DNA from: a virus
Taxonomy: Duplodnaviria > Caudoviricetes
Direction: 5' to 3' (one strand)
IMG/VR virus record: IMGVR_UViG_3300037042_001548
Location: 1 to 52,466 of that record
DNA: 52,466 bases
The notes under the pieces are model-generated. The model saw only the letters and a program-made list of their open reading frames with translations, was not told where the DNA came from and did not search any database. Positions 34,994 through 45,500 of the stretch are shown one piece after another; within the stretch, counting starts at the first letter, position 1, and each line of letters begins with the position of its first letter. A program made the translations under genes and the position numbers.

Positions 34994-35353
34994 TTTGCGT
35001 TCCTTTCAAAGATCAGGTTGGTTGTTACAGCAATCTGAAGTGTGTTGCTGTGAAAGCATTATACGCCGCATTCTCGTGAGTTGTACACAGGCTTGCGAAA
35101 ATTTTACAATTCTGTACTTGCGTTTTAAGAATTGGGTTACAGGCTCACGAAACTGTACACTTTCGTTTCTCAAGACTTGAGCACCACAACTTTTTGCCTT
35201 GGCTCCATAGGCTGTGGATGTACAATGAATGACGGCCCGGTCTGGGCCGCAACACTTTGACCGTTGAAAGAAAAAAGGCTTGGAGCTGTTTGAGCAACTC
35301 CAAGCCTTTGAAATCATGGCAACTGCGATTAACCATGTAAGGAGACCATCGGC
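34994..35353. promoter_or_regulatory. divergent control region with back-to-back promoters
   Basis: Leftward CGTATAAT at 35058-35065; rightward TTGGCT-N16-TACAAT at 35199-35226; hairpins at 35027-35051, 35233-35249 and 35274-35309. Confidence 0.7.
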
Positions 35354-37438
35354 ATGTCAACCGGCTTTGCAGCGCAGACAACACAACCAGCAACATTATA
35401 CCAAGACTTCTTAGCGGCACGGGGGTTCACCCCGGCGGACACTGCAGCGCTTGGCTTGGAGCTTCTTGACCCACAGGAGACTTACAATCTACTGGGCCAC
35501 ACCCGTGAGTGGAGCATCAAGCTCCCCTACTTCGACATCCAGGGGCAGGAAACCGGCTTTACACGTGTAAGGCTTCTTATGCCTAAGAGCAAGATGAAGT
35601 ACTCCCAGGCACGGGCCTCGGGGTCCCACATCTATTTCCCCCCAACCGTGGGGTGGAAGCAAGTCTGCCAGGACGTGGATGTGCCGCTCATCATCACGGA
35701 AGGTGAGTTCAAGACCTGGGCGTTGACCAGGAAGATTGCCGCTGACCAGCTACCCTATGCAGCTTTAGGCTTGGCAGGGGTTACGAGTTGGACGGACCGT
35801 ACGGGCTTGCATCTCCATAAGGATCTGATGCAGATCTATTGGAAGCGTAAGACAAGCTTCCAGGAGAAGCACCGCAAGGTCTACATTGTCTTCGACTACG
35901 ACGGGGCGGAGGATGACGGGGAGCCTAACGAGCAGGTGGGGATGGCAGAAACCAGGCTTGCAGTCACGCTCCGCGGCCTAGGGGCTGAGGTCTATCTCTG
36001 CCGAGTCGGGAAATTTGCGTCAGGCAAAGGCTCCAAGTACGCCATAGATGACCATTTGCTTGCCGGCGGCGACTTGGGGCAGGTACTCTCCGCCACATCC
36101 ACGGTGATGAACGGCATCGATACCTTGGAAACCAAGCTTTATGAGTTCAAGACGCAGTACGCCTTATACAATGGGGACGTAATCCGCTTGCGGGATGGCC
36201 TCATTTTGCCTTGGTCAAAGGCAAAGATTGACTCGGCGCAGCATTACTTCATCCAGATCACGCAAAAGCAGAACGGCCAAACCAGTAGTCGTGAGATTGC
36301 GCTGATTGATGAGTATAAAAAGTGGCCTCGGTGCTGCAAGCTGGAGCACATCGGCATGTATCCCGAGCACCAAGGGATGCCTATCACACCCGATAAGTGT
36401 TACAACCTCTTCAAACCGTGGACGCATGAGCCAATGGCCGGCGATCCAGGACCGTACCTGGACTTTTGCAAGTACTTTTTTCAGGCCGAGCCGCACTTTG
36501 AGGAGTACTGGCACGATTGGGTGGCCAATGTCATCCAACAGCCGTGGCGAAGAAACAATACCACGCCGCAGTTCATCCACGACATGGAAGGTATGGGCAA
36601 GTCCGCAATCCCCGAGTTCATAGCCGAGATGCTAGGCTATGGGGATGGGTCACCGGCGGCTACGTTAGGGCCAGATGATCTATTTGGCAACTTCAACGGC
36701 TTGATGAAGGGCAAGGTCTTTGTGGTGGTGAATGAGCCTTCATCCGATCGCGATGACCATAGCGCAAAGCTAAAGAATCTGATCACCGGCAAGGAAATCA
36801 CGATCAACAACAAGTATGGCGCGCAATACACCCTACGCAACTACGTCAACTACGTCTTTACCAGCAATAAGCCCTACATCACCCACATGGGGGAAAGCTC
36901 TCGGCGCGAAGCTATCTACAAGTGCCCAACTTTTAACCAACTGGACATCCTAACTAGAGTGGGGACCATGATGCGGTGGGCCAGGGCTAACAATGGCGCG
37001 GGCTTTTCAGCGGTACTTAATTGGTACATGAACCGCGACATTCACGACTACGATCCCTACGCTCCAGCTCCCAAAACCAAGTACAAAGACATTGCCATTG
37101 CGCTAAGCAAGACGCCAATGGAAAGCTTTGCCGTTGAGCTCACGAGCTGGGTTACCGAGCACCTTGAAGGTGTGGCTGCTTTCACCGCGGCGCAGCTTGC
37201 TGTTCTATGCGAGCGTTGGGGCCACGACATACGCCCTAAGGCCCAATACATCAAAAAAGCGCTACAGGCACATGGGGACTTGGAGCCTAATAAGGTCATC
37301 AAACTGGGCGGAAAGACACATCGATTCACGTTCTTTGTGGTTACAAATTCGGTGCACAAAAACCGTAACCATGGCGATCTCACGACTGTTGCAAAGAACA
37401 CTGAGGATGCGATTAAACGTGAGATTGAGCAAATTTGA
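35354..37438 (+). CDS. primase-helicase (DUF3854/TOPRIM-like plus SF3 helicase, DUF5906-like)
   Basis: IITEGEFK and YIVFDYD TOPRIM motifs; EGMGKS Walker A, VVVNE Walker B, VFTSN motif C. Confidence 0.88.
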   Translation: MSTGFAAQTTQPATLYQDFLAARGFTPADTAALGLELLDPQETYNLLGHTREWSIKLPYFDIQGQETGFTRVRLLMPKSKMKYSQARASGSHIYFPPTVGWKQVCQDVDVPLIITEGEFKTWALTRKIAADQLPYAALGLAGVTSWTDRTGLHLHKDLMQIYWKRKTSFQEKHRKVYIVFDYDGAEDDGEPNEQVGMAETRLAVTLRGLGAEVYLCRVGKFASGKGSKYAIDDHLLAGGDLGQVLSATSTVMNGIDTLETKLYEFKTQYALYNGDVIRLRDGLILPWSKAKIDSAQHYFIQITQKQNGQTSSREIALIDEYKKWPRCCKLEHIGMYPEHQGMPITPDKCYNLFKPWTHEPMAGDPGPYLDFCKYFFQAEPHFEEYWHDWVANVIQQPWRRNNTTPQFIHDMEGMGKSAIPEFIAEMLGYGDGSPAATLGPDDLFGNFNGLMKGKVFVVVNEPSSDRDDHSAKLKNLITGKEITINNKYGAQYTLRNYVNYVFTSNKPYITHMGESSRREAIYKCPTFNQLDILTRVGTMMRWARANNGAGFSAVLNWYMNRDIHDYDPYAPAPKTKYKDIAIALSKTPMESFAVELTSWVTEHLEGVAAFTAAQLAVLCERWGHDIRPKAQYIKKALQAHGDLEPNKVIKLGGKTHRFTFFVVTNSVHKNRNHGDLTTVAKNTEDAIKREIEQI

Positions 37439-37440
37439 TG

Positions 37441-37605
37441 GCTTTCTGTAACTTTGTAGGAAAAGTGTAACTCGTTAAGTTGTTGATTTTGTTGGGAAAT
37501 TTACAAAGTTACATAATTACTTTAAATTAAAAAGATATATATATATACATATGTGTGTGTGCTTTTATAGAGTTTTTGCTAGATGTAACCTTTTTTGTAA
37601 CCCGT
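37441..37605. other. putative replication origin or packaging-initiation region
   Basis: Strongly AT-rich non-coding tract; TGTAAC/GTTACA repeats; IHF consensus; alternating purine-pyrimidine run. Confidence 0.55.
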
Positions 37606-37669
37606 GAGCTTTGCGTGTGTTGCAAAGCCTGTGTCCTTCAACCCTCACCTTGCCGTACAATCCACGACT

Positions 37670-38143
37670 ATGACTACCAAAACTCCCTCGCCAAAAGGAA
37701 ATGGAAAGTTCCTTGGACGGCCGACGAAGTACGATCCCAAGTATTGCGACATTGTCATCGAGCTTGGCAAGCAGGGCTACAGCCGAATACAGATGTTTGC
37801 AGCAACCGGCGTGCCTTACGCTACGTTTAAAGCCTGGGAACATGGACAGCCGGAATTTCAAGCCGCAATGGAAGAAGCGAAGGCGCATGCACTGGCGTAT
37901 TGGGAAGACATGGCGCACAGGCACATGGTCGAGGCGCCGGGTGGCGTAAAGCTTAACACCGGACTTTGGTCGCGGTCCATGGCTGCGCGGTTTCCCCGTG
38001 AGTATCGTGAAAACGCCAAGGTCGAGGTTGTGGGCAAAGACGATGGGCCGATCGAAGTTGACCACGTTCACGACTTCTCAAAGACTTTGCTTGACGACTT
38101 GCTTGGTGTAAGGCAAAAGGATGCTAAGTCAAAAGGCGGCTGA
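37670..38143 (+). CDS. terS: terminase small subunit
   Basis: GRPTKYDPKYC HTH N-terminus, W...PEF..A, KVEVVGKDDGPI; directly upstream of TerL. Confidence 0.88.
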   Translation: MTTKTPSPKGNGKFLGRPTKYDPKYCDIVIELGKQGYSRIQMFAATGVPYATFKAWEHGQPEFQAAMEEAKAHALAYWEDMAHRHMVEAPGGVKLNTGLWSRSMAARFPREYRENAKVEVVGKDDGPIEVDHVHDFSKTLLDDLLGVRQKDAKSKGG

Positions 38144-39545
38144 GCAGCTTGCGGAGCGTATTCGCAATGGCCCGAATCTTGGGTTGCTACCGCCAGAGGC
38201 CCGTGGCGCACATCGAGCTCGGCAGAAGTGGTTGACTATTGCCAATGCGCATCAGATACCGCCTGGTGGCAACTGGTGGACGATTTGGCTGTTGTTGGCA
38301 GGCCGAGGGGCAGGCAAAACTCGTTGCGCTGCCGAGTGGACCTGGTGGGAAGCTTGGTCTAACCCGGGAACTCGGTGGCTTGTATCAGCGCCCACATCCG
38401 GCGATGTCCGCGACGTGTGCTTTGAAGGCGACTCCGGCCTGCTGCGTGTGATCCCCGAAGAGATCTTGGATGGCTACACACGGTCGCTGCATGAGATCAC
38501 GCTTAAGAACGGGAGTCTGATCAAAGGCATTCCGGCCAGTGAGCCCTCACGCTTTCGCGGACCTCAGTTTCATGGCGCTTGGCTTGATGAGCTGGCCGCC
38601 TGGGACTACCTGGACGATTCCTGGGACATGATCCAGTTCGGGTTGCGGCTAGGTACGCGACCTCGCGTGATTTGCACCACAACGCCTAAGCCCAAGCCCT
38701 TGATCGTGGACTTGGTGAACCGCGAAGGCGAGGATGTGGTGTACACCTCGGCCTCGACGTACGACAACATTCAGAACCTGGCCCCAACTTTCCAAAAGCA
38801 GATCCTGCAGTACGAGGGTACGAAGCTAGGTCGGCAAGAGATACACGCCGAGATCATTGATCCGGAAGAAGCCGGCATCGTGAAGCGGGACTGGTTCAAG
38901 CTCTGGCCTCATGAGAAGCCGTTGCCCAGGTTTGAGTATGTGGTTCAAAGCTACGATTGCGCCACGTCAGATAAGACCAAGAACGACCCGACAGCCTGCT
39001 CGGTGTGGGGCGTCTTTAAGCCAAGTCCCGACAAGGCAATGAGCGTGATGCTCATCGATTGCTGGGAGGAGTACATGCAGTACCCCGAGCTGCGACCAAA
39101 AGTCATGGACGAGTACGGCGCGATCTACGGGGATGAGAACGAGTTCGGGCATGGGAAGAAGGTCGACCTGATCCTGATCGAAGACAAAAGCGCCGGTATC
39201 TCACTCATCCAAGACCTGCAGCGCGCAGGCCTGCCCGTTCGTGGCTACAACCCGGGCAATGCCGACAAGATGACACGACTCAATATCGTGGCGCCCATCA
39301 TTGAGCGTGGCCGCGTCTACATTCCTGAGTCCATAAAGAATCCCGGCATGGCTCGTGATTGGGCGGAGACGCTGATCTCGCAGATCTGCTCGTACCCCGA
39401 GGTGCGGCATGATGACTTGGTGGACACAACCACGCAGGCATTGCGTGTGATTCGTGATATGGGCTTGATCAACATCGACCCGGTCATTGTGACCGACGAG
39501 TACGACGAAGACCGGCCGAAAAGAGTTAACCCCTACGCAGTTTGA
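38121..39545 (+). CDS. terL: terminase large subunit
   Basis: AGRGAGKT Walker A, RGPQFHGAWLDE Walker B, TTTPK, nuclease SYD and HDDLVD. Confidence 0.95.
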   Translation: MLSQKAAEQLAERIRNGPNLGLLPPEARGAHRARQKWLTIANAHQIPPGGNWWTIWLLLAGRGAGKTRCAAEWTWWEAWSNPGTRWLVSAPTSGDVRDVCFEGDSGLLRVIPEEILDGYTRSLHEITLKNGSLIKGIPASEPSRFRGPQFHGAWLDELAAWDYLDDSWDMIQFGLRLGTRPRVICTTTPKPKPLIVDLVNREGEDVVYTSASTYDNIQNLAPTFQKQILQYEGTKLGRQEIHAEIIDPEEAGIVKRDWFKLWPHEKPLPRFEYVVQSYDCATSDKTKNDPTACSVWGVFKPSPDKAMSVMLIDCWEEYMQYPELRPKVMDEYGAIYGDENEFGHGKKVDLILIEDKSAGISLIQDLQRAGLPVRGYNPGNADKMTRLNIVAPIIERGRVYIPESIKNPGMARDWAETLISQICSYPEVRHDDLVDTTTQALRVIRDMGLINIDPVIVTDEYDEDRPKRVNPYAV

Positions 39546-39548
39546 AGC

Positions 39549-39592
39549 CGTATAATGCGTAGGCAATCTCGCGCTTGCGAGACTTAAGAGGG
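39549..39592 (+). promoter_or_regulatory. promoter (-10 TATAAT), hairpin and RBS of the giant gene
   Basis: CGTATAATGC (identical to 35056-35065 on the minus strand); stem tctcgc/gcgaga at 39567-39582; AAGAGGG. Confidence 0.55.
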
Positions 39593-39598
39593 TCAAGC

Positions 39599-42500
39599 AT
39601 GCCTCCTGAGAATTTAGTTGATTACACCGCAAGCCCTGAAGAGCCAAGTCTCGATGCGATGCGATACGCGCTAACCCAGCGCAACGCCACACCCAATCAG
39701 CAACAACGTCCATTGGACGGCATTACTGACACCTTCAAGCGGTTGGCAGCGGAGTTCAACCCGTTGATGATGGGTCGCACTCTGCAGGACGCGCCTAAGG
39801 TTATGTACAACGCCGTTGCCGCGCCGGTTGCAGGCACTTGGGCAGGCGCATTGCGTAACGTACAAGCCGCGGGCGCAGCTCAAGCTTACGGTGCGCTGGG
39901 TATGCCGCAGGAAGCTGCAGCAGCGCAAAGCCGCGTGCAACCCGTAAAGCCGCAAGACGCGCAGCTGCAATTGCGCTCAAACGCAGGACAGCAAACGCAA
40001 CAAGCGCTGGGCGAGGCGTTTAACGCCTTGCAGTTGCCGCCTGTAGGCCCAGGCTCGGGCATGCCAGGCTCCGCGCCTGTGAGCCCAAGGCCTATACTCA
40101 CACCAAATGATGTCCGCGTCATGGGAGCAAGGGCTACGCACGCTGTGCGCGAAGCCGGGCAGATCCCAACTGACATTGCCAATGTGCGTAATGCAGGCAT
40201 TCAGCGAATGAGCCCGTTGACGGGGCAGCCTTCGGTGGGTAGCCGAATGGGTACCGCAATTGAAGGCACGTCGCAGGCTGCCGGGCGCGTAGGCGATGTG
40301 GCTCGTGATGTAGGGCAATCCACGGCTGACTACATGCAAATGCGGCGTGATATGGGCTTAAGCCCCGTGCCAGGTGTGCCGCCTGAGTTCTTCCCTGATT
40401 TGCGCATGTACGCAATGCGGCCTAAAGACTCAACGCTTGTTACGCCGTCGGTGCCGCCTACAAAAGATGTGACCGCGTTGGATATAGGCACCGCGCCGCA
40501 GACCGCAATTCATGACATAGGTGCGCATAAACCTGAGTTGCGCACGTCAGACGCGTTGGCATATCTGGCAGGCATGGACTTGGACATCCCACGCACTGAC
40601 GCACAAGGCATTGCGACTATCACAAGCGAGCGGCAAGCTGCGTTTAATGCATTCATAGCGGCACAAGCGAACGCGCTATACCCTGACGCACCCAATTCTC
40701 GCGAGGCCGTACTTGCAATGGATGACCGCTTTTCGCGGCAAGCTGATAAGGACGCAGCTCGTATAAAGCTATACGATGAGTTTCGTGAATCGCCGGAAGG
40801 CCAAGCCGTTGACATGGGCGACTTGCCGTCGTCAACGGAGTTGCAAGAGCGCCACGTTGCGGCGTCGCAATGGCTTAACTCTACGCTTTTGAATTACGCC
40901 AAGCGTAAGTTCGGCGCCGAAGGCGACCCCTTGGTGCAACAGGCATCGCAAGGGTTCACCATGCTGCCGGCCGAGGACGTGCGCCGCATGTCAGAAAGCG
41001 TCAATGAGGACGTCTTAAAGCGACGCAGAGCTCAGGCAGGCATGCCTGTTGCAGGCACCCTTGCACCGGCCATTCGAGATAAGTCAGTTGAGCTGGCTGA
41101 CGCCACTGCAGCGGTGGAGCAGCTGCAACAACGCCGTGAAGAGTATCGCAACGTTGCAATGCAGCAAGGTTTGCCTGATCCGGCGCAATTGCCTGAGTAC
41201 GCCGCAACTACAAACCCGTTGAGCGCGGCTGTTGCTAAACGCGATAAGCTGCAAGATGAATTAAGCAATCTGCAACTTGGTCGTGATTACGAAAAGCTAT
41301 CAGACATCGCCGTAGCGGTTGACACGCAACCTAATTTACTAGGCAAAATTGAGTATCCGCAGCAGCAGTTTTACCCGTCGGTTACGCGTGCACGACCTGA
41401 TGAGACGCTATTTCACGTTTCTAGAAATAATGCTCTGCAAAGCACAGGCTTCAATGAATTGGCAGCGCAGTTTTATGACGACGTAATTCGTGGCAATATT
41501 CCAATTGACAAGTTGAAGGGCTTAACCGTTGAGAAGTACGTGCGTGGTAAATCTGAAAGCCGAGTTGCTGAGGAAAAGCGCCAAGTACAAGCAACGGCGG
41601 CGCTAAAAACCAATATCGAATCGCGAATGCAGGAGGACATGGCGCTATACGTCAAGCCTGAGAATTACTTTGGCAACGTTGGCGTCTTGGAGCTTAGCAC
41701 AAGCACGGGCTTTCACATTGACGAAATTCGCAGGTTGATCAGCGATGACACATTGGTGCTGGATCACTGCGTTGCTGAAGGCCCCACGCCTGGTAGTAAG
41801 GCAAAGAACCTTTGGAACGGCAGGGAGCGTAGGTATATGCCGTTGGTTGACCCTGCAACAGGTCAATTGCTACCTAACTCATCGCGTACGTATACGCGGT
41901 ACATTCGCGAGGCTGGCGACCCAGACGCAAATCAGGCAGGTATGTTGGCCAGTGTCCGTGATAAAGCCACAGGCTTGCCTGTCGCAACCATTGAGTTTGC
42001 GCACGCCTCAAATGGCAAGTACCGTATTGGTTACGCATCAGGCTATCAAAACGGCCACGTTAAAAAGGCGTACCATGATGCCATCAAGGAGTACTTGAAT
42101 TCTCGTGCCGACGTAATTAACGGTAGTGGTGGTGATCTTCCAAATGTGGGGCTTATTGATCTGCATAGCACAGAGGCAGTTGGTGAACTGCAACGCATAC
42201 TGGGCGTGCCTCGGCGCGATGCTGAGGCATTGCTAGATGACGCACTCACAAATGGCGGATTACCGCGGTTTGGTACAAGCGACGATCTGCGGCAAATTTT
42301 TGCAAAGCCACAACCTGCGCCTGTAGCTCAGCAGCATGCCGCGCGGCAACCTAACACGCAGCAACCTGTAACGGTTACTGCATTAAACGATTTCGTGGCT
42401 TTTATGCGGCGAGAAGTAGGCGTTGACGCAGCTGCCACAATTTCACATATACTACAAGAAGCACGACAAAGCTTTCCTGGCGCGCCTGATTACATGGTGC

Positions 42501-45500
42501 TATTGAGTGAGCAGCCTACAGCGTTTGCAGAGCGCATTGCTGAGCTTGCGCAGGAACAAGGTAATGCGCTTGTTGCGCAATTTGGAACTGCTTTTGCCAA
42601 TCGCATTGCGCCGCCTGTAGCGCAACAGCCTGCCGCTGCGCAACCTGCGGCTCGGCAACCTGCCGCGCAGCAAACCGTAACGGCCAATGATCTGTACAAT
42701 TACTTACGAGATGTTGCGCAAGCTTACGGCCGTGACGAAGGCGACGCAATGATGCATGTAGTAAGGCAAGTGCGACAATCATTTGGTGGCGCACCATATG
42801 AAGATCTACTGCGTGAGCATCCTACCGCGTTTGCAGAGCGCATTGCAGAGTTTGCGCAGGAACAAGGCAACGCAATTGTTGAGCAAGAATTGCTGGCTTT
42901 GGCTGATCGCATCGCCCCGCCTGTGCCACCTGCAGCGCAGCTAAACCCCCTAGCCGCTTGGCCTCTTGCGCAACCCGAAGCGCAACAGCCTGCAGTACAA
43001 GGCCGAGGCGCAGGCACTGTGTTGATACCAAGGACACGATTGGCAATTGACGACGCATTTGAGCTTGCTGAGCGTGGCTTACAAGGTGATGATGAGGCCA
43101 CACGTAGGTTTGCGGCTTTTGAAAGTGACGTGCGCAATGCGTATTTGCAGCCTAACGCGACAATGAATGACCTACGTTTATTGCGTCAGCGCATGGCTAA
43201 TGCTATCGACTTTTATGAGCGTGTCAGTGTCAACCCGGTACAGGAAGTTGCTGACGTAATACGTAATGATTTGCTGCCTGCGATAGACGCCTTGATTGCG
43301 CCGCCTGTAGCTCAGCAACCTGCAGCGCCGCAGCAGCCCGCGCTTGGCTTGTTTGAAGAATTTGCCATAGCGCGAGATTTGCTTGAAAACGCGCGTCTTG
43401 ATAACCAAACGTTTGACACGGGCGATTTAGGCACTACGCTGTTTGTACTTGAGAATGGCAACTTTGATGACCCGCGATTTAGAGCTTTAGGCCCACAAAG
43501 CGCGGCGGCACAGCGTGAAGTTGCAGCGGCACTTCGTCAGATGATGCAAGAAGCAGGCATACTAACGCCTGGTTCTCAGCAGATTGCCTACCCAGGCCCG
43601 CCTGTTGACAATCAACCTACGCCTCAGCAGCAAGCTATCATCAACGACATTCGTGCGGCTGATTTAGCCGACATTGTCAACTTTATCGAACCTAATAGAT
43701 GGCCTTTGATTACTGCGCGTGCAGATCGCGCGGCAGCAGGGGTATTGGACAATTGGCCGGCTGATTGGCAGGATGTACACTTAGCAGACGCAGCCCAAAC
43801 GACTGAAGCCATTCGCAATGGGCAAATGCCTGACATTACAGATGGGCTTGATGTTATTGAGCGAGAACTTGTTGCTCGTGAAGTGCAGCAACGCATTGAT
43901 GACCTCGCGGGTAGACAAAGACCTATTGCAGCGCAACCCGCTGCTCAGCAATTTGACAACACGCCTTTTGACGACGCGCTGATAAGCTTTGACGCGGGGT
44001 TGACAGACATTGCCATGGACGTTGGCTGGCCTGGAGCCATCGCTGAGATTGACCGTATACTGGACGACTTAGCGCATGGTGCAGGTTCTATTTATGGGTT
44101 GTGGGAAGGCGATGAGCCACTTACTGATCGCACGCGTGAGTACTTGGCAACGCGGCTTCGCGAGCTTCGTCAAGAATACGAGATACGTGCGGCGGACGCG
44201 GAAAGGGAGGCAGATTTAGGCGATTGGGAGCCGGACGACGACCATCCTGCTAACCGCCCAACGCGACAGCGCCCATTTCCACCTGGTGGCGCAGCAGCTA
44301 CACGCGGTGTGCCTTTTGGCAATTTGAATATTCAACCCGCCACAACTGCTGCAATGCTTAGAGGCGCAGACACGCAGCCATTACGTAACTTTATTCAGCA
44401 ATTTCGCGCATTGCCTGGCGTAACTCGTGAAGGCGCGCAAACGGCATTGCTAGGTCTTGAGCGCATGGACCCTACACGGCGTGTGACCAAAGCTGAGTTT
44501 ATTCGCGAGTTGGTGCCGTCAAACTATGACGTCGTTGATTTGAAAGGCACTGCTACACGCGATGAGCACTTGTGGCAAACCCTTGATGATGAGCTTGAGT
44601 ACGCAGAAGTAGGTGAGCATTTTGCAAGCTTACATGGGCTTAGCCCTTCAAGGTATGGCGCAATGCTAGGCGAAAACGTGTATGATGACTTGTCTGCAAG
44701 CGTAAAGCGTTTACTTGCCAGCAAAGGCATAACTGATGAGATTGAGTTTGATAGCGCAATGCTTAAAGCGCGAGAAGAGTTGCTGCAAGAACAATACACT
44801 GATGCTAGAGAATACGTTGCCGATATGGGCGGAGGTGGTGATCTTGAAGGTTACGCGTATTCAGACACACAACGATTGATTAGTGATGACTCACATGGCG
44901 TATACGGCGAATTTGGTGTTACGCACCCTGAGCAGCAAGGTACGTACACACACTATGATGCCGCGCCTGAGGGCATGATAGGTCATTTTCGTGGAACGTC
45001 AGTTAGCGCTACGCCGCTTGTAATCAACGTGCATACTGGCTCAAGCGCGCGTACTAAGTTTAAGACAAAGCCTAATAGCTACGTCATCGAAGAAATACAA
45101 TCTGACGCACAAAAAGGCGCGTCACAAACTGCGCAGTTGCATCAGGTGCACGGCCTTATTTTTAAGGCGGCAGTCCAAAAAGCATTGGAGTCAGGCGCAA
45201 CAACAGTGTATATGCCTACTGCAGCTGTCATTGCTAAAGCACGAGGTGAGAATGCTACAAGTTTTGCGCCTATTTACGATCAAGCTGTTGTCAAAGAAGG
45301 TCTTAAGCCACTGCTTAAGCTTCAGGGTGTGTCATCAACAATGGTTAATGGCTACCATGAAATTAGCTTTACGCCTGAGGCAATAGAGCACATTTTGCGT
45401 GGGCCAGGGCAAACTATTCCAGGCTACAATGCGGGTGGCGCTGTACGCAAGTCAGCGTATGACAGCACTTTTGCGCTGAAATACGCAAATGGTGGTACAG

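Noticed and set aside
31054-35038. Long plus-strand ORFs 31054-31821 and 34016-35038
   Set aside because: Antisense shadows of the SSB-like and DUF932 genes; no RBS or recognisable motifs.
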